A DNA stretch of 34,258 bases from Gammaproteobacteria bacterium (GCA_029879945.1 JAOUPJ010000002.1:1-34258); one strand, 5' to 3'; positions 9,736 through 18,428 are shown, counted from the stretch's first letter. Program-made: numbers and translations. Notes: generated by a model from the sequence alone, not told the origin.

Positions 9736-10980
9736 ATGACAGATCCATGCCTTACCCCCCAGGACAATCAATTACTCAGCGTCGCGCAAGCCAAAGAAAA
9801 GATACTGGATGCTATTGAGGCTTTAACTGAATTCGAAACCATTCCACTTGCTCATTGCATGGGAAGATTCCTGGCGGAAGATATCTGCTCCACAATCAAT
9901 GTTCCCAGTTGGGACAATTCGGCCATGGACGGTTATGCGATTTGTTTTCATGCCGACGGCTCCCTTGCCGACAAGCCCTACCAAGTAATCGGTAAGGTGA
10001 TGGCGGGTGACAGCTCCGTACTCGCACTCACTCCAGGACAAGCGGCAAGAATTATGACGGGTGCGCCCGTACCAAAGGGGACGAGTAGTGTAGTGATGCA
10101 GGAACACGCGACACTGCTTGGAGAGAATTTACAAGTTCCCACCCGCATCGGCCTGGGAGACAATATTCGCCGAGCCGGTGAAGATATCGAAATAGGAAAA
10201 ACCATTCTACGAAAAGGTGACTTGCTCACCCCGCCCCGTATAGGTCTACTTGCCTCGGTAGGATTTTCTCAGGTTACTGTATCTCGAAAAATCAACATCT
10301 CCCTGTTCTCCACCGGGAATGAAATAAAGGAACCAGGGGAAAAATTAAGTGAGGGACAGATCTATGACACCAATCGATATGTGTTGAAGTCGTTTCTCAG
10401 TAGTCTACCTGTCAATATCCAAGACCTGGGTATCCTGAAAGATGATCAAGCAGAGATCCATGCCGCATTGCAGCAGGCATCAAAAAACTCCGATCTGATT
10501 ATCACCAGTGGCGGCGTATCAGTGGGGGATGCGGATTTTGTTAAGCAGACCCTGGAATCCTTAGGTTCACTTTCATTCTGGAAGATTGCAATGAAACCGG
10601 GCAAACCCCTGGCATTCGGACATATTGGCGAAGCCCTTTTCTTAGGACTCCCCGGAAATCCGGTTTCCACCACCGTTACTTTTTTACTGTTTGCTAAACC
10701 GAGTATCACCAAACTTTCGGGAGGCACAGAGCACCAAAATCTTAGACTCAAACTAAGGACCACCTCAGAATTAAGAAAGAGCGTGGGCAGACAAGAGTTT
10801 CAGCGAGGAATTATGGAAGAAGGGGCGAATGGGGAATGGCTTGTTAGAACAACAGGACGCCAAGGTTCCCATGTACTCTCTTCCATGGCGGTTGCAAATT
10901 GTCTGATAGATCTCCCCGCCGACTCAGAAGGTACTGAAATCAATGAATGGGTGGATGTTATTCCGCTAAATCAGTGTTGA
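9736..10980 (+). CDS. moeA: Molybdopterin molybdenumtransferase
   Basis: 414 aa with PSWDNSAMDGYA, IMTGAPVP, STGNE, YDTNR, ITSGGVSVGDADF, MKPGKP and LPGNPVS motifs. It starts 5 nt after mobB. Confidence 0.92.
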   Translation: MTDPCLTPQDNQLLSVAQAKEKILDAIEALTEFETIPLAHCMGRFLAEDICSTINVPSWDNSAMDGYAICFHADGSLADKPYQVIGKVMAGDSSVLALTPGQAARIMTGAPVPKGTSSVVMQEHATLLGENLQVPTRIGLGDNIRRAGEDIEIGKTILRKGDLLTPPRIGLLASVGFSQVTVSRKINISLFSTGNEIKEPGEKLSEGQIYDTNRYVLKSFLSSLPVNIQDLGILKDDQAEIHAALQQASKNSDLIITSGGVSVGDADFVKQTLESLGSLSFWKIAMKPGKPLAFGHIGEALFLGLPGNPVSTTVTFLLFAKPSITKLSGGTEHQNLRLKLRTTSELRKSVGRQEFQRGIMEEGANGEWLVRTTGRQGSHVLSSMAVANCLIDLPADSEGTEINEWVDVIPLNQC

Positions 10981-11033
10981 AATCTGGACCAATCGGCAGG
11001 CAGCGATGGTGTTTCCAGCTTAAAAGAAAAAAA

Positions 11034-11059
11034 GCCGTTACCCTCCCTTAGGTAACGGC
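11034..11059 (-). terminator. Rho-independent terminator of the histone-like gene (also sits behind moeA)
   Basis: 9-bp stem GCCGTTACC / GGTAACGGC with an 8-nt loop. On the minus strand it is followed by TTTTTTTCTTTT. Confidence 0.65.
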
Positions 11060-11093
11060 TTCTCCAGCCAAAATGTAAGCTAACTACGCTGTT

Positions 11094-11645
11094 CTAACCC
11101 AAGAAGCCGAAAGATGGCGGTGGTTGATTATTGGAGCCATTGTTCGAATCATTCCCACTGGAAGAATTCGAGGTTCCAACATTTGCACTCTTCTTCGCCT
11201 GATCAGCAACCTTTTTAGCAGCTGATTTTTCGGCCTTTTTAGCTACAGCGGCGGCTTTCTTCTTCGCCGCAGCGGCCTTTTTCTTGTCGGCAGCAGCTTT
11301 ACGTTTAGCAGCAGCGGCTCTTTCCTTAGCCTTTTCTTTAGCATCCCAGTCACGATCCCACTTCTTCTCGAATGCCTTAAGGGCTGAGGCTTTAGCCTTT
11401 TTCTTGGCTGCGGCCTGCTTCTTAACCGCCGCTGCTGCTTTCTTGGCGTCAGCTATTTTTTTTTTTGCTGCAGCTTTTTTCTTAGCTGCAGCTTTTTTCT
11501 TACCTGCAGCCTTTTTCTTGGTAGCTGCCTTTTTCTTGGTGGCTACCTTCTTCTTGGTGGCTACCTTCTTCTTGGTAACTACCTTCTTCTTAGCAACCTT
11601 CTTCTTGGTTGCCTTCTTCTTTGCTGTGGCTTTCTTCTTTGCCAT
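11094..11645 (-). CDS. Lysine/alanine-rich histone-H1-like nucleoid protein (AlgP/Hc1-like composition)
   Basis: 183 aa starting MAKKKATAKKKATKKKVAKKKVVTKKKVATKKKVATKKKAATKKK.. with more KA repeats downstream. The tail is Ser/Asn/Gly-rich and ends PPPSFGFLG. A strong AAGGAG RBS sits 6 nt before the ATG. Confidence 0.78.
   Translation of the reverse strand: MAKKKATAKKKATKKKVAKKKVVTKKKVATKKKVATKKKAATKKKAAGKKKAAAKKKAAAKKKIADAKKAAAAVKKQAAAKKKAKASALKAFEKKWDRDWDAKEKAKERAAAAKRKAAADKKKAAAAKKKAAAVAKKAEKSAAKKVADQAKKSANVGTSNSSSGNDSNNGSNNQPPPSFGFLG
11467..11640. repeat. Tandem 18-nt (6-codon) coding repeats inside the histone-like gene
   Basis: Units GCTGCAGCTTTTTTCTTA x2 and GTGGCTACCTTCTTCTTG x2 are each identical pairs. 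Five to six degenerate 15-18-nt units flank them. They encode the (K)KK(V/A)A(T/A) repeats. Confidence 0.85.
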
Positions 11646-11682
11646 GTTGATCTCCTTTTAGGGTCCCCAAACGAATTTGCGT

Positions 11683-11711
11683 ATCATCACAAAAAACTAC
11701 GTTGTATGCAA
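11683..11711 (-). promoter_or_regulatory. Candidate sigma70 promoter of the histone-like gene
   Basis: Minus strand: TTGCAT, a 17-nt spacer, then GATGAT preceded by TGt (extended -10). This sits ~30 nt upstream of the RBS. Motif match only. Confidence 0.3.
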
Positions 11712-12130
11712 ACTTCTTCGGTTCAATTTTCCATTACTTTAAAAGATTTTAGACCTTTTTCATCAATTTTGTTGTAAAAGACAAAAAATTTCTAAAATTT
11801 TGTCCAATCCAAACGCAAAAATGTTGCCGTTCGTACATTTTTTTTTCAAAAAACGACTCTTCAACGCAATTTTTTTCAAAATAATTGTCTTCAAACTTAG
11901 ATTTTTTGTTTGAACACGAGAAAATTTCAGTTACAAAGCCCGAATTAGAAATTCAAATCACACTTTTTGGCAAATTTTCTCTGATCAAAAGTGAAAATCA
12001 TCCTGCGAACTACAAAAATCGACGACCCAAAACTCCAAATCACTGCATTCAACTCCGTTCAAATGAATTTTTTGCTTGTTGAAAGCAAGAAATTTTCATA
12101 TCAACGATCGAAAACAGGGCTCCATTATTC
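11690..12130. promoter_or_regulatory. Very AT-rich tract with phased A/T runs (predicted intrinsically curved DNA) upstream of the histone-like gene
   Basis: There are dozens of A4-9/T4-9 runs. Between 11727 and 11800 they recur about every 9-11 bp (11727, 11738, 11747, 11756, 11767, 11776, 11783). TTTTTTCAAAA occurs twice (11841-11851 and 11871-11881). No credible ORF. Confidence 0.45.
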
Positions 12131-12879
12131 AATTTGCGGAACATAGTTGCCGTTTTTCCAATTAACGGAGGAAAATTTTGAGTCATTTTTGTATTCTGCA
12201 CCCCGTTGGACATGAACAAGGGTTAAAATTTTGCTCCGTGAGTCAGAAATGTTCCAAGGCTTAGCGATCCAGCCCTGCAGTTTAGGTCACGAAGATCAGA
12301 GTTCATCGCTTGTTTCAGAGAAACGAGTAAAAAGACTAACTCAAACTATGAAATTCTCCGTGAGCTCCTCTCTAAGCGCTATCAAGCGGATTTAATGTGC
12401 GATGATCATTGCGCTAGCTCCTCCAATCGGGCCGGTAGTATCCGTTCTGGTGGCGTTTAGCGGGTATATCTGGAACTCAGGGCAATATCGCCTCAAAGAA
12501 AGTACACTATCTTAGTAAGGGCCAAGTATCAGCAGCGCTTTTCACCTTCAAGATCTGTATTGAAACGTTTCAAATCGAAATAGCCGCCTATCTCTACTCC
12601 AGGAAAAGGAAGACGCAACATCAACACTCGGCACTCGTCCAACCAGAGCAGGACAAACCGGAAATGCGTGGTGAAAGTTAGCCCTCAGGGCCATCTAGCT
12701 ATCTTCCTACCATAGCATGATTCCCAAATCGACCGACTCCATTTTTCGGTCATTTGGAAACGCATCCCACAGATTCAACCGGACCGGCAATGCAAAGAAT
12801 TCTTGTCACATGCTTTCGATGCTTAATGGGTGGAGAGTAGTTAGGAGGGAAAAGGACTAGTCAGCGACACAAAAGAAAA

Positions 12880-12906
12880 GGCCCGGTGGGTTCCCCCAAC
12901 CGGGCC
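12880..12906 (-). terminator. Rho-independent terminator of the beta-barrel OMP gene (possibly bidirectional)
   Basis: Stem GGCCCGGT(GGG) / (CCC)aACCGGGCC. On the minus strand it is followed by TTTTCTTTT, and on the plus strand by TTGTCGTCTTT. Confidence 0.65.
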
Positions 12907-12930
12907 TTGTCGTCTTTATATCGGACTTGC

Positions 12931-13665
12931 CTAGAATCTGAAACCGAACTTCAAGCTGTAAGAGGTAGAATCACCCGTCTTGTCCCACTCACCCGCCAGG
13001 TTCATCAGACCCATATTGAAATTCAGGCCGGCGAAGGTTTTGAAGAGACTGGATTCACCGTCTTTAAGACCGCTCAAAGTTTTGAAATCACTATCCAGCT
13101 TGGCGCTTCCCATAACCTGCCCAACACCGGCATAGGGTGTCAACATCAGGAAGCCTTTGGAGATGGTAAGCTCTGCGCCCATCGTACTCATATCAAGTAG
13201 CTTCACCCCTGAAACCTTGGTGTAGGTTCCTCTCAGTGCAATGGCAGGTAAGGCCACGTTACCACCCAGGAAGCTGTAACGAACTTCCCCACCGAAGTAA
13301 CTGACATCTAACCCCGGAATACTGGTGTATACCGCTCCCAGATCCAGACCAAACGGCAGCCCCTTGTGCAGATGGACCTTAGGTATTGGAACGATGTCGA
13401 GGGAAGTTGATCCTATCGCAGCGCCCCAATCCTTCACACCCGTAAGTTCGGTCGCAGTGACTTCCAGGCCTATATCAAAACCTGTGATCCCTAGTGGTTC
13501 CGCAGGAGCCACTGCCTTGTAACTCATCGCTGCAGTAAAGTCGTCTGCAAAACTATCGAATGTAGTTTGATTAAGCTTTGTCAGATCTGGGGCATTGACC
13601 GCCCAAGCCGATCCAGAACTCATCGCTACAAGCAATGCCGCCACTTTTAAATCTAATCGCTTCAT
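12931..13665 (-). CDS. Small outer-membrane beta-barrel protein, family not recognised
   Basis: 244 aa with signal peptide MKRLDLKVAALLVAMSSGSAWA and alternating amphipathic strands. The C-terminal YSLKFGFRF has the terminal Phe typical of BAM substrates. AAGGAGAG RBS. Confidence 0.7.
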   Translation of the reverse strand: MKRLDLKVAALLVAMSSGSAWAVNAPDLTKLNQTTFDSFADDFTAAMSYKAVAPAEPLGITGFDIGLEVTATELTGVKDWGAAIGSTSLDIVPIPKVHLHKGLPFGLDLGAVYTSIPGLDVSYFGGEVRYSFLGGNVALPAIALRGTYTKVSGVKLLDMSTMGAELTISKGFLMLTPYAGVGQVMGSAKLDSDFKTLSGLKDGESSLFKTFAGLNFNMGLMNLAGEWDKTGDSTSYSLKFGFRF

Positions 13666-13894
13666 GAGGTCTCTCCTTAGCGCATTTATCAGATCATTTT
13701 CCCACTGGAATCTCTTTCATTCAGAGGATTTCGTCACAAATCTACAAATCCTTGAGAATTCGAGCGAAAAAACACGAAATAAGTCCCTGTTGCTAACAAG
13801 ATTAGCACCAAAAGCCAGTAAAGCCAGTTCAAACGTGCGGAATCAGGTCGCTTTTTAAAGCGATTTTAAAGAGGAAAGCAGACTTAAAAGTCCG

Positions 13895-13911
13895 TATAAT
13901 AGCGCGCTATT
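13895..13911 (+). promoter_or_regulatory. Candidate -10 box (TATAAT) overlapped by a perfect 14-bp palindrome upstream of the DAHP synthase gene
   Basis: TATAAT lies at 13895-13900. AATAGCG/CGCTATT lies at 13898-13911, 29 nt before the ATG. No good -35 box was found. Confidence 0.35.
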
Positions 13912-13939
13912 TTGGCCAAAACTGTCTAGAAAAGTACGC

Positions 13940-15010
13940 ATGACTGAAGAGCAAGTTAACAATATCAATGTCATTTCCCAAACCCTGTTGCCCACGCCCG
14001 AAGAGGTGAAAAAGCAGGTGCCTTTGAGTGAAAAAGCAGAAGACACTGTCCTCTACGGCAGACAGTGTCTGCAAGATATCCTGGATCGCAAAGACCATCG
14101 GGTATTTTTTGTAGTAGGCCCCTGTTCCATTCACGATACCGAGGCGGCTATTGAATATGGAACGCGTCTAAAAAGGCTTGCAACTGAAGTGGAAGACACA
14201 CTTTTTCTTGTCATGCGCGTCTATTTTGAAAAGCCCAGAACCACCGTTGGCTGGAAGGGCCTCATCAATGATCCACACATGGATGATACCTTTCATATAG
14301 AAGAAGGCCTGGTGAAGGGAAGACAACTGTTACTTGATCTGGCAGAAATGGGCTTGCCCACGGCCACTGAGGCACTGGACCCTATCGTCCCTCAGTATCT
14401 GTCTGACCTGGTAAGCTGGACGGCTATCGGCGCTCGCACCACCGAGTCCCAAACCCATCGGGAAATGGCCAGTGGTCTGTCTACCCCGGTTGGTTTTAAG
14501 AATGGAACAGACGGCAGCCTGGACGTGGCAATCAATGCCCTGCATTCGGCTTCGCGCCCCCATCATTTCCTCGGTATCAATCAAAACGGCCAGTGCGCCA
14601 CTTTCAAGACTCGTGGTAACCGATACGGCCATGTGGTGCTACGTGGTGGCGGCGGCAAAACCAATTTCGATGCGGAAAGCATCGCAATAGTTGAGCAAGA
14701 ACTGAGAAAGAATGCGCTACCGGAAAATATTTCCATAGACTGCAGCCACGGCAATTCCAGTAAAGACCCGGCCAACCAACCCAAGGTAGTCGCCGATTGT
14801 GTGGACCAGATCATTCAGGGAAATCAATCCATCGTATCCATGATGATAGAAAGCAATCTACATTGGGGAAGCCAGTCCATCCCACAGGATCTGTCAAAAT
14901 TACAATACGGCGTTTCGGTAACGGATGCCTGTATCGATTGGGAAACCACAGAAAAAATGATTTTAAACACCCGGGATTTGCTGAAAGGCATACTCCCCGG
15001 CCGTATCTAG
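13940..15010 (+). CDS. aroG: 3-deoxy-7-phosphoheptulonate (DAHP) synthase, class I alpha
   Basis: 356 aa with GPCSIHD, KPRTTVGWKGL, GLP.ATE.LD, WTAIGARTTESQ.HRE.ASGLS.PVGFKNGTDG and IDCSHGNS motifs. The isozyme (Phe/Tyr/Trp-sensitive) cannot be assigned. Confidence 0.92.
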   Translation: MTEEQVNNINVISQTLLPTPEEVKKQVPLSEKAEDTVLYGRQCLQDILDRKDHRVFFVVGPCSIHDTEAAIEYGTRLKRLATEVEDTLFLVMRVYFEKPRTTVGWKGLINDPHMDDTFHIEEGLVKGRQLLLDLAEMGLPTATEALDPIVPQYLSDLVSWTAIGARTTESQTHREMASGLSTPVGFKNGTDGSLDVAINALHSASRPHHFLGINQNGQCATFKTRGNRYGHVVLRGGGGKTNFDAESIAIVEQELRKNALPENISIDCSHGNSSKDPANQPKVVADCVDQIIQGNQSIVSMMIESNLHWGSQSIPQDLSKLQYGVSVTDACIDWETTEKMILNTRDLLKGILPGRI

Positions 15011-15091
15011 ACACAGGGCCAGCACACCAAATTACTGCCGGTGTTATAGATTCCAATTACTTAGGGGTAGCCTCTTACCCCGTCACAAAAT

Positions 15092-15124
15092 GCTCGTGTG
15101 GTGAGAATAAAATTCCACACGAGC
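15092..15124. other. Perfect 10-bp inverted repeat/hairpin with a 13-nt loop in the aroG-DUF2892 spacer
   Basis: GCTCGTGTGG tgagaataaaatt CCACACGAGC. No flanking T-run on either strand. It is preceded by a second hairpin, GGGGTA gcctct TACCCC (15064-15081). Confidence 0.5.
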
Positions 15125-15182
15125 AGATCCAACTCGGCACTCCCATTGCTCTACCACTAATAAGCACACTCGGAGAGCAGCC

Positions 15183-15413
15183 ATGCAAGCGATCAAACCA
15201 CTTATTGGCGGGATGGAAAGAATCTCAAGATGTTTTCTTGGTGGATTGATGGTTGTGGTGGCCTTTGTTTTACCCGCCGGCACCGAATGGTTCGCGCGTT
15301 TACTGCTCCTAGCCACCTATCCCCTGCTCACAGCGCTTACTGCCTGGGATCCGGTCTACTCATTGTTTCGCTTTATCCGAGAGCGCTTTAGCGAATATCT
15401 TTTTTTTCACTAG
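15183..15413 (+). CDS. Small membrane protein, DUF2892 (YgaP-like TM domain)-like
   Basis: 76 aa. IGGMERISRCFLGGLMVVV and ATYPLLTALTAWDPVYSLFRF fit the two-helix DUF2892 pattern (..DR..R...G.. / ..PL.t...g.(C)P.Y.l.g), with Trp-Asp in place of the usual Cys-Pro. GGAGAG RBS. Confidence 0.5.
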   Translation: MQAIKPLIGGMERISRCFLGGLMVVVAFVLPAGTEWFARLLLLATYPLLTALTAWDPVYSLFRFIRERFSEYLFFH

Positions 15414-15520
15414 AAACGATCTCATTGAACAATCTTTAGGCCTTCCGCCTGCCTTTGTGTGACCTCCGCCACATTATAATATTTATGGAAAAACTCCGGC
15501 CTGTGCTAGTCTATTAGAGT

Positions 15521-16951
15521 ATGCGTAAACGCCTTCTAATCCTGTTTATTCCCCTGTCGCTTTTATTTCTGATTTTCATCGGCCCCTGGCCAATTGATAC
15601 CACTCACTTTGCCGATACAGAATACTCGCGTTCAACATTGAGAGGGATTAATGACAGTGCCCCGAAAATCAGTCGCGGGGCATTGAAGGCGGGTATGTCA
15701 GTTATGGATATTACGCCACCACCGAGAGTCCCCTTGGGTGGTTATTCAGCACGTGATCCAAAAGAGAATGAAGGCGTGTTGACTCCGGTGTATGTGAAAG
15801 CGCTGAGTTTTGCAAATGGTAAGGAAACGTTCACCTACATCAGCGCAGATATCCTGCTCCCCTTGGAAGACTATGTGAATGCCGTTGTAGAGGGGACTCA
15901 TCTCCCCAGAGCCAATCTGTTTTTTACCTCTAGCCATACTCATTCCGGTCCTGGCGGTTATCAGGAAGGCCTGGTTGCGCAAATGAGCCTGGGAGACTTT
16001 CATCCCCATTACTTTCAGACCCTGGTTCAACAGACCATCCATGCGGTCAATCTCAGTCGCAGCAGACTTAAACCGGCGCAATTATCCTATCAGCGCATGC
16101 GTCTTTCCAAAGAACAGGTGGCTCATTTTGTTTATGACCAATTAAACAAGGGCCCCAATGGCTACCCCACACTCCATGCATTACAACTGCAGGAATTGAA
16201 CAGCAAGCGTGATATTGCCACATTGATCACCTTTAGTGCCCATCCCACTTTTCTAGGCCGCGTGAATAAAAAAATCCATGGTGATTACCCCAGCCTATTA
16301 GTAAGTAAGCTCGAACTCAGCCTGGGTCACCCGGTGATTTTTTCCATTGGGGCCGTGGGAGGTTCTTTGCCGATGGGTCTGGGAAAACCACCCATGGATA
16401 CAGTGGATGTGCAGTTGGCGCAGATGGAAAGTATGAGTAATGAATTTCACGATATCCTTTTTAATAGCCTGAATATTCGACCGAGAGCGGTCAACGACAA
16501 AGTGAAAGGCGACACCTTCCAAACAGAAATCCAGTGGCAGGCAAGTTCTTTGGAGATCGGTAGCCTAGTCAGCGAGGTGCAACTCCCCAGCCCCACCTAC
16601 CGTCTCACTGATCAATGGCGCTTGAGTCCCCTTATGATCAATGGACTGTTTCATAGCAATACCAGCTATCTCCATGCACTAAGACTGGGCAGAATTATGT
16701 TTATTGGATTTCCCGCCGACACCTCGGGCGAGTTGGCAAAGAATCTGGAGGACTGGGCCGCCAAGCAACCCATCTATCCATGGGTGACTTCCTTTAATGG
16801 GGACTATATTGGGTATCTGAGCGCGCAGAAACGCTATTCGGAAAAACACTACACCGTGCGCGATGTGAATCTCTTTGGTCCCTGGGGGGGAGACTACCTC
16901 ACTGAGGTGGCAAAAGAGATATCTCTAAAGGTATCGCAAAATCCGCTTTAA
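15521..16951 (+). CDS. Neutral/alkaline ceramidase N-terminal-domain-like hydrolase, secreted or membrane-anchored
   Basis: 476 aa with an N-terminal hydrophobic anchor (LLILFIPLSLLFLIFIGPW). PLGGYSARD, ADILLP and SSHTHSGPGGY resemble the Zn-binding region of neutral ceramidases. It is shorter than the Pseudomonas enzyme as I recall it. Confidence 0.55.
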   Translation: MRKRLLILFIPLSLLFLIFIGPWPIDTTHFADTEYSRSTLRGINDSAPKISRGALKAGMSVMDITPPPRVPLGGYSARDPKENEGVLTPVYVKALSFANGKETFTYISADILLPLEDYVNAVVEGTHLPRANLFFTSSHTHSGPGGYQEGLVAQMSLGDFHPHYFQTLVQQTIHAVNLSRSRLKPAQLSYQRMRLSKEQVAHFVYDQLNKGPNGYPTLHALQLQELNSKRDIATLITFSAHPTFLGRVNKKIHGDYPSLLVSKLELSLGHPVIFSIGAVGGSLPMGLGKPPMDTVDVQLAQMESMSNEFHDILFNSLNIRPRAVNDKVKGDTFQTEIQWQASSLEIGSLVSEVQLPSPTYRLTDQWRLSPLMINGLFHSNTSYLHALRLGRIMFIGFPADTSGELAKNLEDWAAKQPIYPWVTSFNGDYIGYLSAQKRYSEKHYTVRDVNLFGPWGGDYLTEVAKEISLKVSQNPL

Positions 16952-16952
16952 G

Positions 16953-18337
<1,385 letters not shown>

Positions 18338-18428
18338 TCACATTTCAGGTTTTCATTTCGACGGGCCCTGTGGGCCGCGATGAACCGGTGGCGATGAGTG
18401 ATTCCTGCCAACCGTAAACGAGTGCGGA

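Noticed and set aside
11284-11661. 125-aa plus-strand ORF (AAFFLAA repeats) opposite the histone-like gene
   Set aside because: It is the mirror image of the AAG/GCN repeat DNA. The minus-strand frame has a consensus AAGGAG RBS, an ATG and a terminator, and the plus frame has none.
11885-12082. 65-aa ORF in the AT-rich tract
   Set aside because: It has a non-ATG start, no RBS and a composition dictated by A/T runs. It lies in a region better explained as curved regulatory DNA.
11690-12130. Possibility that the AT-rich repeats are a CRISPR array, an iteron plasmid origin or oriC
   Set aside because: There are no regularly spaced repeats of 24 nt or more. I found no TTATCCACA-type DnaA boxes or GATC clusters, and no rep, dnaA or cas genes nearby.
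12471-12497. RpoE-like GGAACTC-N14-TCAAA motif in the ORF-free region
   Set aside because: The spacer is two nt shorter than the sigmaE consensus, and nothing obvious lies downstream to transcribe. It is probably a chance match.
12600-12860. CsrB/Rsm-type sponge RNA suggested by GGA motifs before the terminator
   Set aside because: About 11 GGA occur in ~480 nt, only slightly above random expectation. Most are not in obvious hairpin loops, and no GacA box (TGTAAG-N6-CTTACA) was found. It is kept only as a note inside the ORF-free-region finding.
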